Source of the DNA: Mobula hypostoma
Lineage: Eukaryota
Assembly: GCF_963921235.1 (NCBI RefSeq)
Contig: NC_086118.1
Location: 28,024,001-28,088,000 of the forward strand
Length of the DNA: 64,000 nt
Direction of reading: 5' to 3'
Below are positions 47,725 through 59,452 of this stretch, in pieces; the first letter of the stretch is position 1; the number at the start of each line of letters is the position of its first letter. Both the position numbers and the translations under genes were made by a program. The notes below the pieces were generated by a model. It made no database searches. It was not told the origin of the DNA and was given only the letters and a program-made list of their open reading frames with translations.

Positions 47725-48178
47725 TACACTTAATGACCCCTTTATTAGGTACACCTGCGCATTAATGTAAATGTTTTATCAGCCAATTGTGTGACTGCAA
47801 TGCAATGCAAAGTTCCTGTTCAGACCGAATGTTAAAATGGAGAAGAAATGTGATCTAAGTGCCTTTGAGCATGGAATGATGGCTGGTGCTAGATGGAGTG
47901 GCTTTGAGTATCTCAGAAACCACTAGTCCCCTGGGAGCAGCAGTTTTGTGGGTGAAAATGCTTTGTTAGTGATAGACGTCGGAGGAGAATGGCCAGACTG
48001 TTTCAAGTTGACAGGAAGGTGACAGTAAACAATGCAGATCTACTGATCACACAGCACCAATCTGATTACACAACACATCAAACCTTGAAGCTGATGGGCT
48101 AGAGCAGCAAAAGGCCACTAACATAGTAGTCACTATATTATGCACAGGAGGTTCCTTATAAAGTGGCAACGGTGAGTT
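47725..48178 (+). mobile_element. Tc1-like non-autonomous element
   Basis: Degenerate TIRs 'ctttattaggtacacctg' / 'aggaggttccttataaagtggc'. Confidence 0.65.
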
Positions 48179-48399
48179 AATCTTGTATGTTGATTGTTGA
48201 TATTGATCAACTGCTCTCGTTGTAGTAACTTAAAACAAAATTAAAAGCTATTTTTTTTGGTTTTTGAGAGATTCTCCCACCAGCCCCCTCCCTGTATGTT
48301 TGCTAGAAGCGAACATAAAGCCTGCAAAGTCTACAGCTTCGTTTGTTTGTTTGTGGCTCACTTAACCACAAAACAGGTTTCCTTGCCAGTGCAATCCAA

Positions 48400-48936
48400 A
48401 CCAACGCTCAGAATGCGGAAGTGATTATTTTGTGCTCGTTATGAATGCAAATATTTGCGATGTCAGACCACAATATTAATTAACGTTCACGAAGAAAACT
48501 AAAATAAAAATTGGAAGACGGTCTTTAGACAATGTCCCTGGAATAAATGCCGGAGCAGTGCAATAAGGAGAAAGTCCGGCTGGGGACAGTATATTTCTTA
48601 CAAGAAAGGGTAGGGTTTTCTGAAATTACAGTCCCGGGTAATTCCCGCTTTAGTTTCGGTTTTCGCAGCAGGCATTGACCTTCATTTCGTAAGACGCTTC
48701 TCCGAGCGGGCTGTTGGTGATTAGACTGCGGGTTACCTGCAAGTTTAACAGCCGTACAACTTAACAAAGTTGCATGTCAGGCATAAATCTTCGGTAGTTA
48801 TTTTTCGAATTGAAACTCGGTATCGCCACTGAAACAGAAAGCAAGAAAATTGAAAGTCCAGGAAACAGAGTGTCCCCAGTCCGCCGAATCGAACGCGAGT
48901 TTTGGGGGCTCTCGGGAGACAGCGTTCAGCGCGTTG
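48400..48936 (+). promoter_or_regulatory. CpG-rich promoter and non-coding exon 1 of B7-like gene 2 with IRF/NF-kB-like motifs
   Basis: IRF-E AGTTTCGGTTTTC at 48652-48664; GAATTGAAACT 48807-48817; GAAACAGAAAGC 48831-48842; GAAAATTGAAAGT 48845-48857; kB-like GGGTAATTCCC 48636-48646; donor TTG|GTAAGC after 48936. Confidence 0.7.
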
Positions 48937-49315
48937 GTAAGCTTGGCTCCGCGATTTCTCCACAGCTCATCGCAGACTCTTGCAGCTTTCTCAAGTGGAT
49001 CGAAATGGCAAATCCGGTTGCCCTCTGTAGATTCCTCCACTTGCCTGTTGCTTTAGCTCTTCTGATTTTCTGTGTTTGCATTAACACTTTGATCCAGGCA
49101 GCGAATGTCCGCAGTCGCGAAGAGTCTGCTGAATGTAGAGCAAACTAGAAAACCAGCAGGTTACCAGGTTTTCTGATTGATCAACAATATGTAGTTGATG
49201 CAATTTACCTTTTTAATGACCTACTTGGAATTTACATTATATGAAATTCCTGACAAATATTCGATTTCTGATCTTTAAACTTTTTTTTCTATATTGTGTT
49301 TCAATCGGCAGGCAA

Positions 49316-49397
49316 ATGAAGGGAATTCTGGAAATGGATTTAAACCTACAAATATATTTTTATTTTGTGCTGTTTGCAAACCTTTACTCTGCACAAG
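49316..49397 (+). CDS. B7-like gene 2: signal-peptide exon
   Basis: Acceptor ggcAG at 49311; MKGILEMDLNLQIYFYFVLFANLYSAQ; phase-1 donor AAG|GTAAGT; resembles the gene 1 leader (EMxLxL). Confidence 0.85.
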
Positions 49398-49481
49398 GTA
49401 AGTAGTAAATCGTTTTTCGGTCACTAGCTCATTCAACGTGATGATAGTAATGGAAGATGATGGGATGTATTTTTTTTGCAG

Positions 49482-49805
49482 AGTTCATGACTTTGAAGTG
49501 CGAGGAGACGGTGACGGGAATATTTGAGGAGGACACGATATTGCCATGCAACCTGACAATAACAAAGCCAAGTAAAATCACAATTGAATTGAGCAAAGAT
49601 GATGGAAATTCTAGAATTGTTTTTAAGTTTGATAGAAATCATAATGCCAGAGAAGCTCAGAATCGAATTAAATTACTTCGTTCGGATCTACAAAATGTAT
49701 CGCTGCTACTTCAAAAAACAAAACTTTCAGATAGTGGGAAATATACTTACTATATGGAAACAGATGTGGGATATAAGCAAGTTAACATCGTTTTAGTGGT
49801 TAAAG
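49482..49805 (+). CDS. B7-like gene 2: IgV exon (atypical V-set)
   Basis: EFMTLKCEETVTGIFEEDTILPCNLT…RIKLLRSDLQNVSLLLQKTKLSDSGKYTYYMETDVGYKQVNIVLVVK; phase 1-1; donor AAG|GTGAGT; about 42% identical to gene 1 V by manual alignment. Confidence 0.93.
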
Positions 49806-50693
49806 GTGAGTAACAGTGTGCTTTCCCTGTTTTTTCATTTCAAAACCTGGTTAATTCTAACTGACTTCAAATGCAGTTTTACTTACCCAAACACCTTTGT
49901 TTTGCTTTTATTATTTCAAATATAGACTTCATTTATGAAAAAAAGATAGAAAGTTACAGTAGGTAAATAAACACTATGAGAATTTTATCTGTAAAACAAA
50001 GAATACTTTTGCATTTATATAACAGGTTTCAAATCTCCAGACTGTCCCCAATCATATCACTTTCATTGCAACCAAGCCCCACTTATATTAGTAAACTCAC
50101 CAGGTAACTGGTAGGGTGAAAGTATCCACTCATGCTGGATGACTGTACTACTGAGTAGATTACCCACTTTTGGTGTTTTTGCATCAACCTATGCTGGCAA
50201 GAATCCCTTGGCATTAATGCTGAGAATGAACTGCTATCTCTCCTGAGTAGTGACGTACCCCACAGGCAGCGGTTGCACCAAGAGTATCCTCCAGGAATCT
50301 GTACCCAGGGCTTTGCAGCTTAAAGATGGTGTAAGCATAGCAGTACCCATTCAAAGGAATGGAAAATGTCTCCTGGAACTATTTTCCTTAAATAGTTATA
50401 TAGCATAGATAAGAGTTTGTTTTTCAATGCAAAAATATTTACAGCTCGATGAATGTTCATGAAAGTGAAAGCCTCTGACGCAGAGCTCAGGGTCTCACTG
50501 GTTGCTGCATCTATTCAGTGGGTCCTGCTGATTACCTGAGCTGCGATAGCAATTGGGTGGCGTTCAGCCATTATTAAGTGTTAAGAGTTTTGATTTTCAG
50601 GGGCCACGCTGGAATACCATGACAGGGATGGCAGATTTTGGAATAATGAAAGATTGGCCAATATTATCAAATAATACAATGCTCTCTTTTTAG

Positions 50694-50978
50694 CTCCCTA
50701 CAGTTTGCCAAAACTGGCCTTAGTTAATTTGACAGAAACGACCAAGGTGGTCAGTTGTGAAACAACTGGATATCCTTCTGCTCAGATTCATTGGACCGTC
50801 AATGGGAAAAACCTCACATCTAGGTCAAAAAACAAAGAAAGTGAAACTGCTCAAGGACTGATCTCTATTACCAGCACACTTCCAATTATAAAGTCAGAAA
50901 CTGACCAGGAGCATATCTACACCTGTGCTGTATGGAATGAGGCAGAGCATAAATATGAAGCCAAGAACAGTATCTCAA
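50694..50978 (+). CDS. B7-like gene 2: IgC exon
   Basis: APYSLPKLALVNLTETTKVVSCETTGYPSAQIHWTVNG…ITSTLPI…IYTCAVWNEAEHKYEAKNSIS; canonical C-W-C; phase 1-1; donor CAA|GTATGT. Confidence 0.92.
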
Positions 50979-51019
50979 GTATGTTCATAATCTTCTTTTT
51001 CATGATTAGGAAAATGATT

Positions 51020-52150
51020 GTTTAACTAATTGCTACAATATTTCTGCTTCTCAATGCTGCCAACTTGGTATATTTGGATTTCCAGAAGAACTTTGAGTGG
51101 GTGTAACAAAACAAATTTCAGCATATGTCACAAGGTGCAATATACTGGCCAAGTCTGAACATTGGGATATGGACAAAAAAATTAGAAATAGGCTGGTGAT
51201 TTTCAATCTGGGAGGCATGACAAGTGGGGTGCTGCAGTGATCAGTCTTAGCTAGAAAAAACTAGAAGAAGTTAATGGTTCAGGTAGCATTTGTAAGAAAA
51301 ATGGCCAGTTGATACCTTGGGTTTAGCCCCTCCATCTGGACTGAAAGAGGAGAGATATAAACCATTAGAGGGTGAAGAGAAGGGCTGGAACAAGAGCTAG
51401 CAGGTGATAGGTGAATTCAGGTAAGACTGGGTTAGTCAGATGTGGAATCAAAGGGGGAAGGTACAGAGAGAAGATGGGAGTAGTGGGGGAGGGAAACAAT
51501 TGAATATATGAACATAAAAAATAGAAACATGATGATGCCATCTGGCCTGTCAAACCTGCTCCACCATTAAATAGTGATAAATTGAAAGCTGTTGGTGTTC
51601 AGAGGAATGTACACATCATTTGACACAAATCACTGGAATTTCATATCCATTTGATGCAATAAATAGGAAGCCAGATTATTTATTAGGTTTTAATTGCACA
51701 ATGATTTGACTTCAAGAATAGGGCCATCTTGCTCCAATTATTTAGGGCCCTGGAGAGCCAACATTTGGAATACTATTTGCCTATGGATTTGCAGTGGAGA
51801 GACTGGAGCAATGGGTAACTAGGTTAATTCCCAGAATAGGGGTTTTGACCTCTGCTCCCTTAAATTTAAAAGAATCAGTGTTGATCTCATTGGAAGGTAC
51901 AAAATTATCACAGTTCTTCCCTGGCTGAAGTGTCTGGACACAGCATCAGTTTCAAAATTCAGGATTGTCCTTTCGTGACCCAGATGAGAAGAAGGTTTTT
52001 CATCAGAAGCTGGTCAATCTACCCATGGAGACTGCAGAGACTGAATCGCCAAATATTTCCGTGATTGAGATAAATAGAAGTTTGGATATTTAGAGATATG
52101 GGGAAGTGTTTGAAAATATAGCTGAGAAAAAAAGCACAATCTCATTGAAT
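51020..52150 (+). mobile_element. Decayed CR1 fragments plus an old Penelope remnant
   Basis: CR1 RT-region similarity ('gggaggcatgacaagtggggtgctgcag', 'ccaacatttggaatact'). Confidence 0.5.
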
Positions 52151-52391
52151 GATAGGGAAGTTGTTATATTTTAGTTGTTCCAATCATTCTTTTTCTTACA
52201 TTTGTTATGCTCCAGAGGCTATATTTAGCTCTCTAGGGTGTTTTTTTCCGGGGTGGTTATGGGATTATACAGTTTTGCTTGGAGATCAACATGACTGATT
52301 TTTAAAAATTGTGGAGTGTATAAGCATATGACGTCAGTGTTCTTATAAAGATTGATGATGAAATTTACAGCTCTTCTGTTGTTTTTTTTAG

Positions 52392-52538
52392 TTTCAAATG
52401 TATATCAGCTAAATAATAAAAAACACACTGAAGAAAAAAGGAGAAAAGCCCTCACAGCAGTAGGTATCGTTATTGGAGGTCTTGCAGTTGGAATACTCAT
52501 CCTGGGTCTTCTGAAATTCAGGAGAAGGCACCATCCAG
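52392..52538 (+). CDS. B7-like gene 2: stalk and transmembrane exon
   Basis: ISNVYQLNNKKHTEEKRRK-ALTAVGIVIGGLAVGILILGLL-KFRRRHHP; phase 1-1. Confidence 0.88.
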
Positions 52539-52852
52539 GTACACTATTTCAGCAAATGATTTTAATTCCAAGTAAAACTTCTGAATCCTTGTAACTCAAA
52601 GTATTAATTATTGGTGTAAAATTATGCATAGATAACCAATGATCAATATAAAATATAATTTCATAATCTGTGAAAGATTTAAAACTTTAATGGTTGCCAA
52701 ATTGTTATGATCTACAGCTGGCTGGTTGAAATCATTAGCAGGGCTGTATTTGTGCATTTGCCTTCCAAAAACAAGCAGATTTGAAATCCTGTCTACAGTG
52801 GATGTTTACGGTGATAGGTAGATAAAGTATCAATATACACCATAATAAATTA

Positions 52853-53836
52853 CACTGGACAATAAAGATTTTGCTTCCTGAATACCTTTAGGTGTATCTT
52901 ATGAATTCTGGGCTACTGACCATGAAAATCATCATGAAATTTCCCTATCATGTACCATTTTGAAAAATAAACTTACGTTTAGTATTTCAATTCATAATTC
53001 AAGTCACTTAAAATGTTACCTACAACGTAAGCTGGAAAGTTTCCTATCTTGTCCAGGCGTGCTTAGGCGGCGCGGCTGCCGCATGACACGACAGGTTTTA
53101 GTAATAATTATTGAGTTCAGGACTGTAAGGATGGAATTTGCTATCACCAGGCACAAATATTTCTATGAAGGATTTTGATATTTGAGACAGATGCTTCCCA
53201 GACTAACTGATGCCAAGATTAAGGAAAGCATTTTTGTTGGTCCACAAATCAAACAGGTCATCAATGACAGGCAGTTTGAAGAATTTCTAGTGGGATTGGA
53301 GAAAATCACATGGAAGGCATTCAAGGAAGTTGTTGAAATTTTTCTCAGCATCAGCAGAGCACCAAACTACATGCAGCTGGTTGAAAGCATGCTTCAAGCA
53401 TGTAAAACCACAAAGTCCAACATGTCACTAAAGATTCATTGCCTGCCTTCCCATTTAGACTTCTTCCCTGCAAATCTTGGTGCTGTTAGTGATGAGCATG
53501 GTGAAAGGTTTCACCATGGAGAAAAGATACCAGACCAACTGGAATCTATCAATACTGGCGAACTGTTGTGGACACTTAAGCGAGAAGCTTCAGACACTGA
53601 GTACAAATGAAAATCGTTAACAAAATATTTTCAACTTAGTTGAACTATTGGAAAGCATCAGCACCATTATGCAATTAAACACATTATATTCAATAAAAGT
53701 TAATTTGTTGTTTCTCCAAATTCCTACGTGGTAAAAGTAGCCTGAAGTTATATTTGTGTTCATCTTCAAGCAGTCTACCATAAACAAAAAAAAAATTCTG
53801 AGGAAGCAACACTTCTGAAAAATTTGTTGTCCAGTG
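52853..53836 (+). mobile_element. Chapaev3-like (CMC) DNA transposon deletion derivative
   Basis: TIRs CACTGGACAATAAA / TTTGTTGTCCAGTG; ORF 53182-53610 KIKESIFVGPQIK…NMSLKIHCLPSHLDFFPANLGAVSDEHGERFH. Confidence 0.75.
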
Positions 53837-54099
53837 TTTTATAATCGATTATTCCAAATCCTGGCCTCAGAATGTGCAGAACTTTTCACCAAACTCCCAC
53901 TTGCACCTAAAGACTCACCAGGTGAGTCACCCTGGAAAGTTCTGATTTACCTTCTGCAGGGTCTGATTCTGTTATCAAACTACCACCATTTACAGTGCAC
54001 CAAGTATTGGTGTAGTATTAGGTAAAGCAAATGGTGCTGGAGAGAGCATTCCATAAAAAAGAACAGAAGCTTTTAAAAACATAATTTATGTGTGAAATT

Positions 54100-54990
54100 A
54101 TGGAGCCATTTGTCCCACACTACCAGGCTCAGGAACAATTATTACCCTTGAACCATCAAACTCCTGAGCAGTGTGGATATCTTCACACACCTCGACACTG
54201 AACTGATTCCACAACTCACTTTAGACAACTCTACAACTCATCTTCTTAATATTATTTACTACATTCTTTTTGCATTTGCAAAGTTTGCCTTCTTTTGAAC
54301 ATTGGTTGTTTGACCAGCTTTCTGTGTAGTTTTTACTGATTCCATTGTATTTCTTTGTGTCTACTGTGAATATCCACAGGAAAAATGAATCTCATGGTAG
54401 TAGTACATATGGTGATATGTACGTACTTTAATAATAAATTGTTAACTTTTGAACTTTGAAGTGCATTGAGTAAGTCTTTGTGTGTGTTTTTAGCAGTTAG
54501 TTGAGTGACTTGCCAGTGTATAGGATAGTTGAGATAGCAACGTAGGAATTTTCTCAGATTTTAAAAAAGCCAGACCAATTAAGAGTAGTGTGTTTTCTTT
54601 GTTAAAGGACATGAATAAGCAATTGGTTTGTTTTCTACAATATTCTAAAGAGAATGAATCTTAAGCAAACACACAGAACGCTGGAAGAACTCAGCAAGTC
54701 AGGCAGCATATGTGGAAAAGAGTAAACAGTTGACATTTTGGGCTGAGACCATTCTTTAGGACTGTGAAAGAAGGGGGTAAGATGCCAGAAAAAAATGTGG
54801 GAGGTGGGGGAGGTGAAAGAGGCTCGCTGGAAAGTGATAGGTGAAGCGAGGTGGGTTGGAAAGGTCAAGGGCTGGAGAAGAAAGAATCTGATAGAGGAAA
54901 ATGGACCACATGGAGAAAGCGGAGGAGGAATGGAGCCAGGATAACAATAGGCAGGTGGGAAGAAGTGAAAGAACAGGATGGGGAATAGAT
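54100..54990. mobile_element. Rex1 3' fragment (54100-54420 +) and old Penelope terminal repeat (54655-54990 -)
   Basis: 'accaggctcaggaacaattattacccttgaaccatcaaactcctg'; 'agtcaggcagcatatgtgg…cagttgacattttgggctgagacc'. Confidence 0.6.
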
Positions 54991-55421
54991 AGAGTTAAAT
55001 CTTTATGCTTACAGTTACTGGCAGCAGGCAATTGATTAAACTGCGCTCAACTACCCATATTGTGAGGCTAGGATTTGAATTAATTTCACCTGGATTATTT
55101 ATAACTTGAGACAATTAAACTGATCGATTGGTAACATAATTTCCTATTGAAAAGGAGTGACATATTATTTGTAGCCTGGTCCCAGTCTAAAAATTGGATC
55201 AATTTTGCATTCCATTATTGTTGGAAATACCTGAATATTACAGAAAATGTAAGAATTCATTATTACTGTCATTGTTACTACTCTTAGTATACGTGATTAG
55301 GACTTTAAGAACAATAAGGAAAATAATTTGCATTATTTTTACATCAAGAAATATTAATTTACTTAAAATTAATGTGACATAAATAATAATAATTCACTTT
55401 CTTTTGTTTTTAGTTCAACAG

Positions 55422-55448
55422 TCCAAGGAAGAATCAGAACATCAAGTG
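55422..55448 (+). CDS. B7-like gene 2: candidate 27-nt cytoplasmic mini-exon (VQGRIRTSS)
   Basis: Acceptor cttttgtttttagttcaacAG, donor GTG|GTAGGT, phase 1-1; an alternative AG at 55413 would give a phase-0 end. Confidence 0.45.
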
Positions 55449-56018
55449 GTAGGTTTGATTTCAAACATTGACTTATTTTTAGCCCCACACATCACGATTT
55501 TCAAAGTTTATTTGTTCTTGTTTAATAGCTTAAGTAATTTCTTATTCAGCTTTGAAGACTGCCCCGCTAACTTCAAACTTACATGGAGGAACCATCATTT
55601 TGTGACGTGATGTCTGATCTGCCTGATGTTCTGTTGTGCAACTGTGAAACTTCAACATCCTTCACAAAGAACTAAGACATTCCTCTGTAATAACTTGAAA
55701 GCAGGAATTGTGCTTTCAAAAATCTCAGCTCTTGGGTAAAATAACAATTCCAGTTTTAACTTTGGCACTTTGTTGAACTCTTCACCATTGCTTTTATCTG
55801 AAGTTAATGACTTCACATATTGATAAATCTCATCAGTGAGATCAAACTTAAGTGTCAAGGAATGACCCTGTTTTATACCTGAAATACTAAGTCTGTGTAC
55901 GAAATCACCATAAGGCAATGAAAAGAGAATAAGCTCTTAAGCTTAGTTGCACTTTGAAAGTTTGCTTCCTGTTGAATGAATCCATTAAGCTATTTTTCCG
56001 CTGAGCTGTACTTCTCAG

Positions 56019-56039
56019 GAACTAAAAAAGTGAAATGTG
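56019..56039 (+). CDS. B7-like gene 2: candidate 21-nt cytoplasmic mini-exon (GTKKVKC)
   Basis: Acceptor ctgtacttctcAG, donor TG|GTATGT, phase 1-1. Confidence 0.5.
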
Positions 56040-56089
56040 GTATGTAGTCAGCTTCAGTCGAAAACAGAAGCAGAAGGAGCATTATGTAA

Positions 56090-56455
56090 GTGGAATACTA
56101 CATGTATTTGCCACTTGTAATGTATGTATGGAGAAGGAAATCTCTGATTTTAAATCTCCGCTGCCTTGCGGCCATACCCACCCGTGGGAAAGGCTTCGGG
56201 AGTAAACCCAGAGGAAGAAATCCGGAACCAGGGTCCCTAAGGCAGTTTAATAATGTTTGCAACTTCACTCTGGCAACCTCTGCTACAACACTGGTGACAA
56301 GCTGTATTGGCACTTGCCCTTCCCTTGGACTACATCAGTGACATGGAGAGGGGGAACACGCTGCGTGGGCAACAGCCGGTTCTTCAAATCTTCCTGCCCA
56401 GGCTTGCACCCTGGAGAGGACACAGACCAGCAGAGGTGCAAACCCACGGCTGTCT
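56090..56455 (+). mobile_element. SINE/RTE-related fragment
   Basis: Body shared with the 57291 SINE ('caagctgtat…cccttggac…gcccaggc'). Confidence 0.5.
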
Positions 56456-56987
56456 ATTATTATAACAAATGTATGTGTTGTAATTTTTTGTGCTTTGTCT
56501 TTTGAGTCAAATGCAGTGAGCACATGTGCAATATTATAGATTATAGTTTGATCAGTTGTCTTTTCTCTGTTTTAAGGATTAGAATATCAAAATTAACTTC
56601 TATAAAATTTCTGTTTATTTTATGTATTTCTACTTTAATTTGTTTTATGTACATAGCCCAGTTATAAAGCTCATTTGATATTTTATACATATTTTATACT
56701 AATTATTTTGTAAATCTTATATTGTTCTTTTCCTCCTAAAAGTACTTAGATACATTAACCATTTCTATTATCTTACTCTCCTACACTATTGCTTATGTGA
56801 GCCATGCCAATGAATGTGAGCTGGCTGTACAAATGTAAGTTTTAAAATCAAGCCCTAACATTTGGTGACAGCAACCTTAAAATATATCAGGTCCTCCAGT
56901 GGATCCTCATAAAAATACTATTCAGTTCAAGTGAGTAATTCAAACAAAATGAAAATTGAGTGTCATTTGCTTTATGTTTTATTACAG

Positions 56988-56995
56988 AAGAGTGA
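56988..56995 (+). CDS. B7-like gene 2: candidate short terminal exon (EE*)
   Basis: Acceptor tttatgttttattacAG; phase 1; AATAAA at 57063-57068. Confidence 0.35.
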
Positions 56996-57290
56996 AAAGG
57001 TGTGGGATTTAAAAAAAATTGTTTTGTGAAGTGATTAGAAACGTTGCTGACTTAATTTGGGAAATAAACATAACCTTTCACTTCTTTTTCTCCGTGGTGT
57101 GATTCCTTTGCCAACAGATTGAACCACATGATCTTCTGTGAGTCCCAGCCCAAAGGGTTTCAGCCCATTCATCTGTGGACCCATGATGTAAAGTGGTAGT
57201 TGTATAATCAATAGAATTCAGTTCTCAAGCATCCACTGTGGGATTTGTATTCAGTGACTCTAGATTAATAATCTTGGCTTTTGCATTATT

Positions 57291-57575
57291 AGCCCGGTGG
57301 CTAAGTGGTTAAGGCATCGGTCTAGTGATCTGAAGGTCATTAGTTTGAGCCTCAGCTGAGGCAGCGTGTTGTGTCCTTGAGCAAGGCACTTAACCACATA
57401 TTGCTCTGCGACAACACCGGTGCCAAGCTGTATGGGTCCTAGTGGCCCTCCCTTGGACAACTTCGGTGATGTGGAAAGGGGAGACTTGCAGCATGGGAAA
57501 CTGCCAGTCTTCCATACAACCTTGCCCAGGCCTCAGTCAACATCGAAAATCGATGGACAACGGAAAAAGAAAATT
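57291..57575 (+). mobile_element. tRNA-derived SINE
   Basis: A box TGGCTAAGTGG, decayed B box GTTTGAGCC, 'gtgtccttgagcaaggcacttaac' body, A-rich end. Confidence 0.8.
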
Positions 57576-58296
57576 AGCCCGGAATCATCACTGACTAACT
57601 GGATTCTGACAACTCACTCTCATTCCTCAATCACACTTTATTTAATTGTGCACAAGAAGAACAGTTCAGCTCTTGTCATCGAACTGTTCTGAAGTTGGAA
57701 TGAGGAAATGCCATTTTTATACACAGATTGACTCACTGGCAGATATTGATTCAATAGAAACTTAGTGTACCTCTGAATTCTACCATTTGCGTATTTAGGT
57801 ACCAATAATAATATATATTTCAGGTATTAATAACCAATTAAATCCATGTGCTAAAGGCCAATAATACTTGAGATATTAGTAAAATAACTGTGCAATATTC
57901 AGTGCGTCCTGTGTTTGCATCTTTGTCTCGTTTTGGTAATCTTGGTTCCCCAGCTTGAACAAAAAATCTGTGCAAACGAGAGTTAGACTTTCAAGGGACA
58001 TGTTCAGTCTGGGTGACTGCAGTTTGTGTCAGTTGATCAGATTAATTCTTACCTTTCTGAACTTCCACATTCTGTTCTATCAGTGCACCATTTTAACCCT
58101 TGCCTTGCTGCAATTTCCACACTGAACTATCCACAATGGGAGTTGTATTCAGTGACTCCAGATTAATAATCCAGGCTTTTGGATTACTCCTCTAGTGATA
58201 CAACCATATTATATTCCATTACTATTGATTACCTTTCTGATGATACACTTCACAGCAGAAAAGTGACATTCTTTCCAAAAAAATCTTAAGTTTGCG

Positions 58297-58610
58297 CCGA
58301 AGGTAGAAGGGGATGAGTTATACAGCTCTCATTACATGCACGTGCAGTTCAACTCTTTCAGTGATTATGCAGAAAGTTTGAAGTTAATAATTCATCTCCT
58401 GCTACCTTAGGCCATGAACTTATCAATCACCCTGTTGTGGTCCACATTCTGGAGGTCCAAGATGCTGACTTCTACAAAGAAGGGATCCATACGCTCCACA
58501 CCGCTGGACTAAGTGTGTGAATATAGTAGGGGACAATGTTGAAGAATAAATGTGCTAGGTTTTCTAAAATTGACTCCTTCTATCTTAGGCCATGAACTTA
58601 TCAATCACTC
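58297..58610 (+). mobile_element. mariner-derived non-autonomous remnant
   Basis: HRWTKCVNIVGDNVEE* (mariner transposase C-terminus); TIR-like 'ttaggccatgaacttatcaatcac' twice. Confidence 0.65.
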
Positions 58611-58617
58611 TGTGTGT

Positions 58618-58651
<34 letters not shown>
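58611..58651. repeat. (TG)n microsatellite
   Basis: Read directly from the sequence. Confidence 0.95.
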
Positions 58652-58655
<4 letters not shown>

Positions 58656-59452
58656 GTATGATTTTGCAATATTGACAGCGATTCAGACTTACTGTACAAA
58701 AACAGGCATTAATCGCCACTGCGGAGATCAGGGCTTCAGCTATTCAGACTTATAACAATGTTTTTGATGAGAAAGCCATTTGTATTATTTCCCTGAAGTG
58801 ACACACACAAGTGCTGGAGGAACTCAAGCAGGTCATCAGGACTAATGAAGGATCTTGGCTTGAAGCTGTTATTTCCTTCCACAGATGCTGCCTAACCTGC
58901 TGAGTTCCTTCAGTATTCTGTGCGTGTTGCTCAAGATTTCCAGATGGCTGTTGATTTTGCAATTCAGAAATTGGAGATTTTGAAAGATTTCCAGTATCTG
59001 CAGAACCTCTTTGTATCTGTAATATTTCTCTGTTTCTTGAGAACATAATGGCAGGTGGGAGTGTGAGCACATCCTCCCCCGAATCCTTGTTCAGCCACTC
59101 TCAGAAACAACCTACTCTCCATTAATGCAAGTGATCACTATTCACTGGACAGAGCAACAAAATGCTTATTCTGGCAAGAATATTGCAAACCTCAATCTCT
59201 AAATATAAAAGAAATCCCGGTAGAGCTCAAATCAACCACCTTTGTCCACCTGCAGCTGCAAGATAAAGGAAAATATTACCACAAAGATATACAACAGATA
59301 CAGAAACTGCAATGTCAACAATGCCACATCAAGACAATTAGTAAAGATAAATATAGAACAACTTTAAAGATAGAAGGAAGTAGAAGAGGGAGTGAGTGAG
59401 AAGACACAATATTTATTTGTTTTTGATTATTGTATTTGATTTGCATTGTTAG

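Noticed and set aside
32570-52538. Naming the genes CD80, CD86, CD276, HHLA2, ICOSLG or NCR3LG1
   Set aside because: Family-level similarity only; those proteins have canonical V-domain Trp and Cys, and no synteny marker was recognised
57291-57365. tRNA gene
   Set aside because: Decayed B box, no acceptor stem, continues into a SINE body
57227-58190. ~60-bp direct repeat (57227-57290 vs 58127-58190)
   Set aside because: Resembles reverse-strand heads of old tRNA-SINEs (another near 55065), so probably independent insertions
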